A DNA stretch of 62,301 bases, taken from sequence record SRR20825019_2768, one strand, 5' to 3'. The position numbers and the translations under genes are program-made. Below the pieces are notes generated by a model. That model was not told where the DNA came from. It saw only the letters and a program-made list of their open reading frames with translations, and searched no databases. Shown here piece after piece: positions 31,767 to 41,613 of this stretch. Numbering within the stretch: position 1 is the stretch's first letter; the number at the start of each line of letters is the position of its first letter.

Positions 31767-32723
31767 ATGGCAATCGTCTATCTTGCGCCAGCGACCGAAA
31801 AAACCATTGGTGGCGTAAAAGTAATCTATAGGCATGCAGAGTTATTGGCGGGTCAAGGTATTGATTGCCAAGTCTTTCATCCCTCCAACCCAGACTTTTC
31901 ATGCACGTGGTTTGATCATAATGCACCCATTAAGAGGGAGCCCGGCTTCGACAAGAAAAATGATTTTTTTGTAGTGCCGGAAGCTTGGGTTGCCACCTCA
32001 GGTCGTCAGTGCATGGCCCAAAAGGCCCGCTTTGCTGTTTTTGTCCAGAATGGTTATTTGTTTTCACAAGGGTACGACCCTCAGAACTATGATCAGTTGC
32101 GAGAGGTCTATGAGGCCGCTGATCTTATACTGTCTATCTCTGACGATACTTCCTCGATGATCAAATTGGCATTCCCGACGCTTGCGGCTGAGAAAATTGT
32201 TAGGGTACAACTGAGCGTCGGCAATATCTTTAGCGATGCGGGTGTACGCAAAAAAAAGCTCATTAGCTATATGCCCCGGCGTCTCACCCAACATAGTTCT
32301 TTGGTTGAGTTCTTCCTGAAGGAACACATGCCGAGCGAGTGGAAGCTTCAGCCCGTTGACGGCTTGACGGAAAACGGGGTCGCCGGAAAGCTGGCCCAGA
32401 GTTCCATTTTTCTTTCGTTCTCTGCGATGGAGGGGGTGGGGTTGCCTCCGCTTGAGGCCGCGCTGTGTGGTAATGTTGTGGTTGGCTATACTGGCGAAGC
32501 TGGTAAGGAGTACTTTGAACCTCCGGTGTTCAAAGAGGTCCTGAATGGTGATTTCAAATCATTTGTTAAACAGGTCCTTGCAGCAACTGACTATGTGGAT
32601 GACGGGTCCACGGCCTCTGCTGCGTTTCATGAGGGCGTCGCGCGGGTGAGGAAGGCCTATTCTCGAGAGCGTGAACTTGAAAGGCTTCTGGCGTTTAACG
32701 AGCGCGTAAAAAGTATCTTCTGA
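31767..32723 (+). CDS. Orphan GT-B (GT4-like) glycosyltransferase
   Basis: GGVKVIY N-terminal motif, VVPE, FVQN, EGVGLPPLEA (EX7E); start taken at MAIVYL. Confidence 0.85.
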   Translation: MAIVYLAPATEKTIGGVKVIYRHAELLAGQGIDCQVFHPSNPDFSCTWFDHNAPIKREPGFDKKNDFFVVPEAWVATSGRQCMAQKARFAVFVQNGYLFSQGYDPQNYDQLREVYEAADLILSISDDTSSMIKLAFPTLAAEKIVRVQLSVGNIFSDAGVRKKKLISYMPRRLTQHSSLVEFFLKEHMPSEWKLQPVDGLTENGVAGKLAQSSIFLSFSAMEGVGLPPLEAALCGNVVVGYTGEAGKEYFEPPVFKEVLNGDFKSFVKQVLAATDYVDDGSTASAAFHEGVARVRKAYSRERELERLLAFNERVKSIF

Positions 32724-32821
32724 ATGCCAAGTGATGCTATGGGCGATGTCAAGTTTGAGCAGTATCTATCTGCCGAAAAATAACCATAATCCGGTGCTCT
32801 GGTAAATAGTGCTTTCTGGGT

Positions 32822-32850
32822 TTGCGTCTCAGGGATGCTTTAGGTATTGT
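32822..32850 (+). promoter_or_regulatory. Putative sigma70 promoter of yfgM-bamB-der
   Basis: TTGCGT-N17-TATTGT. Confidence 0.45.
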
Positions 32851-32944
32851 AGCGACCAATTCGCGGGCACGTGTTCGCGGTTAATTGTATTAATAGGTGC
32901 CGCCTCCAGGTGTATGAGAGGCGGCTTTGTCTGGGGAGTATAGT

Positions 32945-33694
32945 GTGTCGGACCTGAATTCCGATCTTCTCACGCAGGAAGTCGATGATGAGGTGCGCCG
33001 TGAGCGCATGCTTAATCTTTGGAAAGCATACGGCAAATACCTGATTGGTATTGCTGTGGGTATTGTTGTGCTTGTAGCAGGTAACGAGGGCTATAAAGCC
33101 TACGTTAAATCTGTTGAAAGTGCGTATTCAACCGCTTTCGAGGCAGCGCGAGAAGCATCACTTGAAGAAGGCGCGGATGCGCTGGCTATCTGGGAAGCGG
33201 CGCTTCCTGAACTGGGTTCCGGTTACGGCGTGCCTGCGAGGCTCCACCTTGCAAGCGCTGCGATCACGGCGGGTGACTACCCGCGTGCGCTCACAGCCTA
33301 TGAAACCCTTGCCGCAGACAGTAAAGCAGAGCCCGCCATGCGCGACTTTGCGACACTTCAGGCAGGCATGCTTTTGGCTGGAAAGCTTGAAGATGCAGAT
33401 GCCGCTCGTGGCCAGCTTTCAACGATCGCAGTTAAAGGCAAAGCCTGGTATTTTTCAGCGCAAGAGCAATTGGCGCTGCTTGACCTGCAGGCCGGTGATC
33501 TGGACGCTGCGCTGAATAAGTTCACGCTGTTGGCTGACGACGCAGAAACCCCGCAAAGTATTCAGGCTCGCGCTTCACAGTTCCGCAACTTTGTTGAAGC
33601 TCAGCAGGCTGCTGCTTCACCAACGGTAGAAGTTACACCGGAAGGCGAAAGTGTCGCTGACGAAGATAGTGCAGAAGAAGGAGAGGCGCATTGA
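32945..33694 (+). CDS. YfgM-like TPR membrane protein (GTG start after GGGGAG)
   Basis: EVDDEVRRE, LWKAYG, single TM then helical repeats; precedes bamB-der. Confidence 0.85.
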   Translation: MSDLNSDLLTQEVDDEVRRERMLNLWKAYGKYLIGIAVGIVVLVAGNEGYKAYVKSVESAYSTAFEAAREASLEEGADALAIWEAALPELGSGYGVPARLHLASAAITAGDYPRALTAYETLAADSKAEPAMRDFATLQAGMLLAGKLEDADAARGQLSTIAVKGKAWYFSAQEQLALLDLQAGDLDAALNKFTLLADDAETPQSIQARASQFRNFVEAQQAAASPTVEVTPEGESVADEDSAEEGEAH

Positions 33695-35040
33695 AATCGC
33701 CCGCAGGTATGAACACGACACTTCGCAACGGCATACTGCTCGCTTTGACGGTGGCACTTGCTGCTTGTAGCGGGAATAGTAAAAAGCCACGCAACAAATA
33801 TGATGATGAGGGCAGGGAGCGTATTCCAATCCTGAGCTCTACCCAGACACTCAGCGCTGATAGCGCGATTTCTGGCCTATCTATCGTGCTTCCAAGGCCT
33901 TACCGCAACGGTAACTGGGCGATTGTGGGCGGCAACGCCTCACACCGCGTGCAGCATCTGGCACTCGGAGATACACTTTCTGTCGCTTGGCGCCGCAAAA
34001 TTGGCGCTGGCAACGACAAGTATGAACGTATGATTTCTGGCCCTGTTGCTGCAGAGGGACGTGTGTACGCGGTTGATGTTAAGGGTGGTGTTACAGCAGT
34101 ATCCCTCTCTGACGGCCGCGAGATCTGGAACAACAAGCTTGATGACAATGATGAGCGCAGCGATGTCGGCTTTGGTGGCGGCGCGGCGTTCTCCGGTGGT
34201 AAGCTGTTTGTAACCTCTGGCTATGGTTTCCTTGTGGCGCTTGATGCTGCAAGCGGACGCGAACTGTGGCGCTATAAGGGCGTTGTTCCGTTCAGAGGGG
34301 CGCCGACGGCGAGCGGTAACCGTGTTTTTGCGATCACCCACGACAACCAGATGCTGGCGTTTAACGCCAATGATGGTTCCCCAATTTGGGATCAGGTTGG
34401 TATTGCGGAAACTGCCGGCATGCTTGGCGCTGCTACACCGGCGTTTGATGGCACAGCCCTTGTCGCAGCCCTTTCTTCCGGTGAGTTGATCGCCCTTCGC
34501 GGAGCAAACGGGCGTATCCTGTGGCAGGATGCGCTTTCGTCCTCCCGCCGCCTGACGCCGCTTGCGACACTTTCGGATATTGACGGTGAGCCCGTGATCG
34601 ATCGCGGTAAGGTATATGCTGTCAGCCACGCAGGTAGCATGGTCGCGATTGATATGCGGACCGGTGAACGCTCATGGGAAGCAGATATTGCTGGCGTTAA
34701 TATGCCGTGGGTTGCGGGTGATTTTGCTTTTGTGACCACGATTGACAGCCAAGTTGTTGCTGTATCCCTTGGGGATGGGCGCGTGCGCTGGGTAAGCCAG
34801 CTCCAGCGCTTCATGGACCAGGAGAAGCGCAGGGACCTTATCAAGTGGAACGGCCCGGTACTGGCGGGAGACCGCCTTCTGGTAACCAGTTCACATGGGT
34901 ATGCGCTAAGCCTTTCACCCTATACGGGTGAAGTGCTGAGCGGTGTTGAACTGCCAGCGGGTAGTTCTGTGGCCCCAATTGTTGTGGACGGCACCTTTAT
35001 CGTGCTGACAGATTCCGGTGAACTGGTTGCTTACCGCTAA
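33691..35040 (+). CDS. bamB: PQQ-like beta-propeller lipoprotein (BamB-like)
   Basis: Lipobox LAAC, repeated A.D..xG...W blades; yfgM-bamB-der synteny. Confidence 0.8.
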   Translation: MKSPAGMNTTLRNGILLALTVALAACSGNSKKPRNKYDDEGRERIPILSSTQTLSADSAISGLSIVLPRPYRNGNWAIVGGNASHRVQHLALGDTLSVAWRRKIGAGNDKYERMISGPVAAEGRVYAVDVKGGVTAVSLSDGREIWNNKLDDNDERSDVGFGGGAAFSGGKLFVTSGYGFLVALDAASGRELWRYKGVVPFRGAPTASGNRVFAITHDNQMLAFNANDGSPIWDQVGIAETAGMLGAATPAFDGTALVAALSSGELIALRGANGRILWQDALSSSRRLTPLATLSDIDGEPVIDRGKVYAVSHAGSMVAIDMRTGERSWEADIAGVNMPWVAGDFAFVTTIDSQVVAVSLGDGRVRWVSQLQRFMDQEKRRDLIKWNGPVLAGDRLLVTSSHGYALSLSPYTGEVLSGVELPAGSSVAPIVVDGTFIVLTDSGELVAYR

Positions 35041-35080
35041 GGCAACCAGCACCCTTTAGGCCAAGCTGAAAGAAAAAGTC

Positions 35081-36526
35081 ATGGGCTTTACAATTGCCAT
35101 TGTTGGTCGTCCCAACGTTGGGAAATCGACGTTGTTCAACCGTCTGGTTGGTAAAAAAATTGCCATTGTTGACGACACGCCTGGCGTGACACGCGACCGC
35201 AGGCATGCTGACGGCCGTATTGCAGACCTTGAGTTCGAAATTATCGACACTGCTGGGCTTGAAGAGGGCGAAGTGGGCTCGCTTCCTGACCGGATGCGCC
35301 GCCAGACCGAACAAGCGCTCAAGGAAGCAGACATTGCGCTGATGCTTTATGATGCGCGTGCCGGTGTAACCAGCATGGACGAGCATTTTGCCTTGTGGCT
35401 TCGGCGCGGCAACAAGCCGGTGATCCTCGCGGCCAACAAATGCGAAGGCAACGCGGTAATCGATAATATCTATGAAGCATACAGCCTTGGTCTTGGTGAG
35501 CCGATTGGCCTATCAGCTGAACATGGCGAAGGCCTGGGTGAACTATATGCCGCGATTGTCGAGGCGCTTAAAGAACAGGGCATTGACCCCTATGAGGGCG
35601 AGAATGACGGATCTGCCGACCGGCAGCGCGGTGCTGATAGTGGTCCGGAAGAAGGGGATATGGACTATGAGTTCACCGACCCTGAAGATGAAACCGAAGA
35701 AATCAGGCCTCTGAGGCTCGCTATCGTCGGCCGTCCGAACGCCGGCAAATCAACTCTCATCAACGCTCTTGTTGGTGAAGACCGCTTGATCACCGGCCCT
35801 GAAGCGGGGCTGACGCGGGATTCGATTGCGGTTGATTGGGAATGGGACGGGCTTCCCGTCAAGCTGTTTGATACGGCTGGACTTCGCAGGCGTGCGCGCG
35901 TCACCGAGAAGCTAGAGAAGCTCTCCGTGGCTGACACACTTCGGGCCGTTCAGTTCGCGGAAGTAGTTGTTCTGCTGCTGGATGCAGAGGTAGGTATTGA
36001 GAAACAAGACCTCAAGATCGCCGAGAAGGTGGTTGACGAAGGCCGTGCGCTCATTATAGCTCTCAACAAGTGGGATGCGGTTGATGACCGGCTTGAGACA
36101 CAACGCCAACTTAAAGACGCATTAACCCGCAGCCTGCCACAGCTTAAGGGCGTTAAGGTTGTTAATTTCTCAGCGCTTACTGAGGCTGGTATTCACAAGA
36201 TGATGCCCGCTGTGGCTGAAGCCTATGAAATCTGGAATGCACGCATTCCCACATCCGCCTTCAACCAGTGGCTTACCGATACGCTGGAGAAACACCCCGC
36301 ACCGTCTGTTGCTGGCCGCCGGATCAAAATCCGTTATGGCGCGCAGATCAAAACTCGTCCACCGACCTTTTTGATGTTCTGTAACCGCCCGGATGACCTG
36401 CCGGACAGTTACAAGCGCTATCTGGAAAACGAGCTTCGGCGGGATTTTGACCTGCCCGGCGCGCCAATCCGTATCTTGCTCAAGAAGGGGAAGAACCCCT
36501 ATGAGAGCAGGCGCAAAAAGAGATAG
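35081..36526 (+). CDS. der: Ribosome biogenesis GTPase Der
   Basis: Two G domains (GRPNVGKS, GRPNAGKS; two DTAG; NKCE, NKWD) and a KH-like C-terminus. Confidence 0.98.
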   Translation: MGFTIAIVGRPNVGKSTLFNRLVGKKIAIVDDTPGVTRDRRHADGRIADLEFEIIDTAGLEEGEVGSLPDRMRRQTEQALKEADIALMLYDARAGVTSMDEHFALWLRRGNKPVILAANKCEGNAVIDNIYEAYSLGLGEPIGLSAEHGEGLGELYAAIVEALKEQGIDPYEGENDGSADRQRGADSGPEEGDMDYEFTDPEDETEEIRPLRLAIVGRPNAGKSTLINALVGEDRLITGPEAGLTRDSIAVDWEWDGLPVKLFDTAGLRRRARVTEKLEKLSVADTLRAVQFAEVVVLLLDAEVGIEKQDLKIAEKVVDEGRALIIALNKWDAVDDRLETQRQLKDALTRSLPQLKGVKVVNFSALTEAGIHKMMPAVAEAYEIWNARIPTSAFNQWLTDTLEKHPAPSVAGRRIKIRYGAQIKTRPPTFLMFCNRPDDLPDSYKRYLENELRRDFDLPGAPIRILLKKGKNPYESRRKKR

Positions 36527-36579
36527 CCTGCGTTCTCTTTGTTTTGACGTGGGCTAATTGCGCATTATTATCATGCGTT

Positions 36580-37545
36580 ATGAAACATATTCTCTGGGGA
36601 CTTTTGGGTTTGGCCTTCGTGAACGCTACCGTGTTTGCGGATGAGAGCTCTATAACCTTTGCCACCGACTGGAAAGCGCAAGCTGAACACGGTGGTTTTT
36701 ATCAAGCATTGGCAAAGGGTTATTATGCTGAGCGCGGCCTGAAGGTAGCTATCAGGCCCGGTGGTCCGCAGACAGATAACCCTCGCCTTATGGCGGCTGG
36801 CGCCCTTGAGATTGCTATTGCATCCAATAATTTTCAGCCGCTAAACCTGATCGCTGCGGGCGCTGAGGTGAAGGCGGTGATGACGTCTTTCCAGAAAGAC
36901 CCGCAAATACTGATGATTCACCCGGACGTTAAGGCCACCAATGTGGCTGAGCTCAAGGGTATGCCAGTATTCATCTCTGATAGCGCAGTTGCTACCTTCT
37001 GGCCCTGGTTGCAGGCCCGGTTTGGCTTCGAGGATAGTCAGGTCAGAAAATATACATATTCGTTGGCGCCGTGGCTCGTGAACAAAAATACGGTGCAGGA
37101 GGGATATCTCTCATCGGAACCCTATACGGCGGGGCAGGCGGGTGTTGTGCCGAAGATATTCCTGTTTGCGGATGCTGGCTATCCCGGGTACGCGGGTATG
37201 GTGATGGTGCGCACAGATTATCTGGAAAAGAACCGCGCCACTGTACAGGCTTTTGTTGAAGCCAGCATCCTGGGTTGGCAGGACTACATCTGGGGTGACC
37301 CCGCGCCAGGTAATGCCTTGATCCTCAAAGATAATGATGAGATGACGCCCGAGCTGATTGCATATGCAATTGAGGCCATGAAGCAGAACAATATGCTCGG
37401 CCCCCGTGAGCAAGTAGGTGGCATGACAGACGCACGCTGGAAGCAGTTTTATGACGAGATGTCTGCGCTCGATATCGTATCTAAAGGTGTTAATGTAAAA
37501 GATGCCTATACGCTGGAGTTCCTGCCCAATGAAGGCAAGCGCTGA
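36580..37545 (+). CDS. NitT/TauT (NMT1/THI5-like) ABC substrate-binding protein
   Basis: Signal peptide, TDWKAQAEHGGFYQA, PGGPQ, FQKDP, SSEPY. Confidence 0.88.
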   Translation: MKHILWGLLGLAFVNATVFADESSITFATDWKAQAEHGGFYQALAKGYYAERGLKVAIRPGGPQTDNPRLMAAGALEIAIASNNFQPLNLIAAGAEVKAVMTSFQKDPQILMIHPDVKATNVAELKGMPVFISDSAVATFWPWLQARFGFEDSQVRKYTYSLAPWLVNKNTVQEGYLSSEPYTAGQAGVVPKIFLFADAGYPGYAGMVMVRTDYLEKNRATVQAFVEASILGWQDYIWGDPAPGNALILKDNDEMTPELIAYAIEAMKQNNMLGPREQVGGMTDARWKQFYDEMSALDIVSKGVNVKDAYTLEFLPNEGKR

Positions 37546-38264
37546 TGCTGGCGGTTGACGCTCTCAACTTCGCTTATCCTGACGACCCGGCGCACGTGGT
37601 GCGTGACCTTTCCTTCACCTTGGGGCAGGGCGAGATTGTCTCGCTTCTTGGACCAAGTGGCTGCGGAAAATCAACCGTGCTCAGGCTGGTTGCAGGCCTG
37701 CTGAATGCTCAGTCCGGAAGCGTGACGTGGCCACACGGTCAAAAGCATCTCGCGTTTGTATTCCAAGATGCGGCGCTAATGCCGTGGGCGACGGTTGAAG
37801 ATAACATTCTCCTGCCCCTCAGTCTGAAGGGCGATCAAGATCATGAACTCGCTCTGCAGTTGCTGGAGACCGTGGGCCTGAAGGGATACGGGGACCGCTT
37901 TCCGCATAAACTGTCAGGTGGGCAGCGCATGCGGGTATCTATCGCCCGCGCGCTTGTGGCAAAGCCTGAGCTGTTGCTTCTGGATGAGCCCTTCGCAGCC
38001 CTTGATGAGATATTGCGTTTCCAGATGAATGAAATGCTGTTGAAGCTGCGTAGGAAGCAGGGCTGGGCGGCAATATTCGTGACCCACAGCGTTTATGAAG
38101 CAGCGTATCTATCTGACCGTGTTTTTGTAATGAAAAATGGTCGATTATCAGGTGAAGTTAAACCAAAACTTGATAGAAGCAGGCCTTCATTCGATCAGCG
38201 CAGCTCCAAGGAATTCAGCGTGGCTGTGAGCGAAATATCCAAACTGCTGGAGACGAGGCGATGA
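37545..38264 (+). CDS. NitT/TauT ABC ATP-binding protein
   Basis: GPSGCGKST, LSGGQ, LLLDEPFAALD, VTHS. Confidence 0.93.
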   Translation: MLAVDALNFAYPDDPAHVVRDLSFTLGQGEIVSLLGPSGCGKSTVLRLVAGLLNAQSGSVTWPHGQKHLAFVFQDAALMPWATVEDNILLPLSLKGDQDHELALQLLETVGLKGYGDRFPHKLSGGQRMRVSIARALVAKPELLLLDEPFAALDEILRFQMNEMLLKLRRKQGWAAIFVTHSVYEAAYLSDRVFVMKNGRLSGEVKPKLDRSRPSFDQRSSKEFSVAVSEISKLLETRR

Positions 38265-39013
38265 AGAAGATACTTCTGCCGCTGGTTGCTTTAGCCGTAA
38301 TCCTTCTGTTTTGGCATTTCACGGTCGTGCTGGGCAATGTGCCCAAATTTATCCTGCCCGCGCCGTGGGACGTGCTCGTGGCGCTGGTGGACAATTTCAC
38401 TACCTTCTTTTGGGCTGCAACGGCGACACTGAAGGTAACGCTGTTGGCGTTGGCCGGCGCGGTTATCAGCGGTGTGTTGCTGGCGCTGGCCTTCAGCCTG
38501 AGCCGGACGCTCGAGATGACCGTCTACCCTTACGCCGTGGTATTACAGGTAACGCCTATCGTCTCGATCGCGCCGCTGGTGCTGATCTGGGTGGGCATAG
38601 ACCATGTTGAGCGCGCCTTGATCATCATTGCATGGCTTGCGGCCTTCTTTCCGATTCTGGCAAATATGTCTGCGGGCCTGAGAGCGGTAGACCCACACCT
38701 TAGTGACCTTTTCAAGTTATACGGCGCCAGCCGCTGGCAACGTTTCTGGCGGCTGTTGTGGCCAACGGCCATGCCCTATCTTCTGGCCAGCCTCAAGGTA
38801 AGTGGTGGCTTTGCACTGATTGGCGCTGTAGTGGCTGAATTTGTGGCCGGATCGGGTGGTGCAACTGGGCTGGCGTGGCGCATCCTGGAAGCCGGAAACC
38901 GCCTGCAGGTTGAGAAGATGTTCGCGGGTCTTATTCTCTTGAGTCTTCTCGGTGTGGCAATCTTCTATAGTTTTGTGGCGCTGGAGCGTTGGGTGCTTAG
39001 GTACCGGCAGTAA
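38261..39013 (+). CDS. NitT/TauT ABC permease
   Basis: ILPAP, QVTPIVSIAP, FFPI, LIGAVVAEF; about 6 TM segments. Confidence 0.92.
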   Translation: MKKILLPLVALAVILLFWHFTVVLGNVPKFILPAPWDVLVALVDNFTTFFWAATATLKVTLLALAGAVISGVLLALAFSLSRTLEMTVYPYAVVLQVTPIVSIAPLVLIWVGIDHVERALIIIAWLAAFFPILANMSAGLRAVDPHLSDLFKLYGASRWQRFWRLLWPTAMPYLLASLKVSGGFALIGAVVAEFVAGSGGATGLAWRILEAGNRLQVEKMFAGLILLSLLGVAIFYSFVALERWVLRYRQ

Positions 39014-39116
39014 AAGATGGCTTCGTGGCTACAGCTGAAACGTTTTGGCGTGCGGCATATTGCCATTTGATGCACAAACACTTGCCCGTGGAACCGGAAA
39101 GGGCTAGCACAGCGCC

Positions 39117-40145
39117 ATGATGATCCAGACGAATGATAGAGACCGTCGTGCCGTCGGCATTTGGCTGCTGTTTATGGCCTTCACCGTGTTTGTGATGGTG
39201 GTGGTTGGGGGCGCAACGCGGTTGACGGAATCCGGCTTGTCAATCGTGGATTGGCGCCCGGTCACTGGCGTGCTGCCACCGATTGGTGATGAGGCTTGGC
39301 AGGCCGAGTTTGCCAAATATCAGACAAGCCCGGAGTTTAAGCTCAAAAACTACCACATGAGCATCGATGACTTTAAAGGCATCTTTTACTGGGAATGGGC
39401 GCATCGGCTGCTTGGGCGTCTGATAGGCCTGTTTTTCTTTGTGCCGATGGTCTGGTTCTGGGCCAAGGGGCGGGTGCCTGAGGGCTATAAGCCGCGCCTG
39501 GCGGTGCTGTTTATACTGGGCGGGCTGCAAGGCTTGCTCGGCTGGTATATGGTCAAGTCCGGCCTTGTTGACGAACCTGCTGTAAGCCATTACCGCCTGA
39601 CCGCACATCTATCGCTGGCGCTCTTGATATTTGCAGCCTTGTTCTGGACGGCGCTTTCGCTGTTAAGACCAACGGCAGAGGGCGGCCCCAAACTGCTAAA
39701 GCGCCTGTCTCACGTGTTTGCACTCACGCTCGTACTGCAAATTGTGATGGGTGCTCTGGTTGCGGGGCTGAAAGCCGGGCATATATTCAACACATGGCCT
39801 TTGATGGGCGATAGCTTCATGCCAGAGGGCTTGACGACCATGGAGCCGGTGTGGCGGAACTTTGTCGACAATGCCGTAACCACACAGTTTGATCACCGGA
39901 TTGGTGCCTACATCCTGTCCGTATTGGTGATAGGCATTGTGCTAGCGGCACGCAACGCCACACCAGCGGTGAGAAGGGCGGCAGCGTTTCTTGTGGCCAC
40001 TGTCGTCATGCAGATGACACTCGGTATCGTGATGCTTCTCTTGGAAGTGCCGGTATCGTGGGGTACAGCCCACCAGGGCGGCGGTGCCGTCGTCTTGGCT
40101 GCAACTTTATATTTAATGCATCTACTTAGGGGGAGACCGGTTTGA
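39117..40145 (+). CDS. ctaA: Heme A synthase (COX15/CtaA)
   Basis: GGATRLTESGLSI, EWAHR, GWYMVKSGL, YRLTAHL, QFDHR, HQ. Confidence 0.95.
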   Translation: MMIQTNDRDRRAVGIWLLFMAFTVFVMVVVGGATRLTESGLSIVDWRPVTGVLPPIGDEAWQAEFAKYQTSPEFKLKNYHMSIDDFKGIFYWEWAHRLLGRLIGLFFFVPMVWFWAKGRVPEGYKPRLAVLFILGGLQGLLGWYMVKSGLVDEPAVSHYRLTAHLSLALLIFAALFWTALSLLRPTAEGGPKLLKRLSHVFALTLVLQIVMGALVAGLKAGHIFNTWPLMGDSFMPEGLTTMEPVWRNFVDNAVTTQFDHRIGAYILSVLVIGIVLAARNATPAVRRAAAFLVATVVMQMTLGIVMLLLEVPVSWGTAHQGGGAVVLAATLYLMHLLRGRPV

Positions 40146-40474
40146 TGAGTGAGAACCACGAGTTTGTTACCATTTATGTGATGGCGGAAAGCGAAGACGT
40201 TGCTGTGCATATCTCAACGGCGCTGGTGAAAGAAAAGCTTGTAGCTTGCGCGAACGTGAACGCGGGAACGCGTTCGATCTATGAGTGGAACGGTATTATC
40301 CAGCTGGACAACGAGATTACCGTTTTCATGAAGACACATGTCAGCAAGCTTGAAGATGCGATTAAGCGCATCAAAGAAATGCACAGTTATGAAGTGCCCT
40401 GTATTACGGCAACACCTATCGTTGGCGCTAATCAGGATTATCTGGAGTGGGTGCGCAGACAGGTAGGCCTCTAG
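40145..40474 (+). CDS. cutA: CutA divalent-cation tolerance family protein
   Basis: LVACAN, SIYEW.G, E....MKT, HSYEVPCI, YLEW. Confidence 0.95.
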   Translation: MSENHEFVTIYVMAESEDVAVHISTALVKEKLVACANVNAGTRSIYEWNGIIQLDNEITVFMKTHVSKLEDAIKRIKEMHSYEVPCITATPIVGANQDYLEWVRRQVGL

Positions 40475-41613
40475 GGCGCTTGCAGCCAGAGATTATAGAT
40501 CGCGGCATCTCGGAGGCCTGCAGCCCCTATATGCAGTGTTCCATGCTCAAGGATAAGGGCGCGGCCATTGCCGCGCTCACCCCATAGATCCCCTTTCAGA
40601 AAAACGGTCATACCGTCTTTGACGCCGTATGTTTTGGCTTTGGCGGGCATGGCGTATTTGATCCAGGCTTCACCTTCGGTGATCTGGCCAATATCTACTA
40701 TCCACGCATCATGCTCGGGTTGATCGCCTATATAGCCACCCCACGGTGCTTGCCACTCAGCGCCGGTAAGGAAGGCTGGAACCAGAACAAGGCTGCTTTC
40801 TGCTTTATTGCCTGCCTCAAATGTATCGTTAAACCAGCTGTCGGCACATATCAGCACAGAGAATTTCCGGCCGGCACCTTCAAACACCGGCTGCGCTTTT
40901 GCCGGGAAGGGTGTGATGAAGCCGCGTTCGGCCAGGATAGGGTGGCTTTTGCGCACTGCGTCTTCAAGCGGTTTACCATCAGGGCCAAACACAAAGCTCG
41001 CATTGAAGATGGGCCCATGCCCGTATGAGAGGCCCTCATCATATATACCAGCCGTCATCAGTGCGGCGGAACCTGCAATGAGCGTCACGCCATACTCTTT
41101 CGCCAGGCCGCCAAATACATCTTCAATGTTGCGAGAGAGCACACCGGCGCGAGACCGGAACAGCGCTGCGGCCCAAGGGTCCCCGTCATCAAAGATAAAA
41201 AGGCTTTTGATAGCCTCAATAGGTTCACTCGCCAGCAGGCGCAAGAGCGGTAGCGTGGTGCCCTCCGCGCTATAGACGCGACTACCCACATCAGTTGCTA
41301 TCAGCCAGGTGGCCAGATGCTCAGGCAGCAGCACAATGGTATCGGCTGTGAACCAACCTTTGGCGCGTGCGGCATCCATGTAGCCAGAAATCTTGGCTTT
41401 GAAGCGCTCGGCCGTTGCATAATCAAGCGGTTCCATCACCGGCTCGATCCCCACAACATTACCGGCCCCCACGTTCTCACCAAAGCTTTCGCTCTGAGTA
41501 AGGTGGAGGGTAGGGGGATGGACGAAATTTGGTTTGAAACCCGGCCAAAAAACAAAGCCCGAGGCGATGATGAGCATCGTGAGCGTGAGCAGTTTTTTCT
41601 TGTGGCGCATCAT
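40471..41613 (-). CDS. Exported or membrane-anchored carbon-nitrogen hydrolase (nitrilase superfamily)
   Basis: E-K-C triad in LLPEH, VRKSHP and VLICADSW; N-terminal basic plus hydrophobic segment. Confidence 0.85.
   Translation of the reverse strand: MMRHKKKLLTLTMLIIASGFVFWPGFKPNFVHPPTLHLTQSESFGENVGAGNVVGIEPVMEPLDYATAERFKAKISGYMDAARAKGWFTADTIVLLPEHLATWLIATDVGSRVYSAEGTTLPLLRLLASEPIEAIKSLFIFDDGDPWAAALFRSRAGVLSRNIEDVFGGLAKEYGVTLIAGSAALMTAGIYDEGLSYGHGPIFNASFVFGPDGKPLEDAVRKSHPILAERGFITPFPAKAQPVFEGAGRKFSVLICADSWFNDTFEAGNKAESSLVLVPAFLTGAEWQAPWGGYIGDQPEHDAWIVDIGQITEGEAWIKYAMPAKAKTYGVKDGMTVFLKGDLWGERGNGRALILEHGTLHIGAAGLRDAAIYNLWLQAP

Noticed and set aside
32881-32894. TTAA-N5-TTAA as a CtrA box (also inside der near 36144-36165)
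   Set aside because: Spacing is 5, not 7
30150-32926. Genomic island at the guaA 3' end, a known integration hotspot
   Set aside because: No integrase and no duplicate of the guaA 3' end found by eye; core gene panB follows within 0.7 kb
35575-35710. Long acidic linker in Der
   Set aside because: The inter-G-domain linker is normally acidic and variable in length
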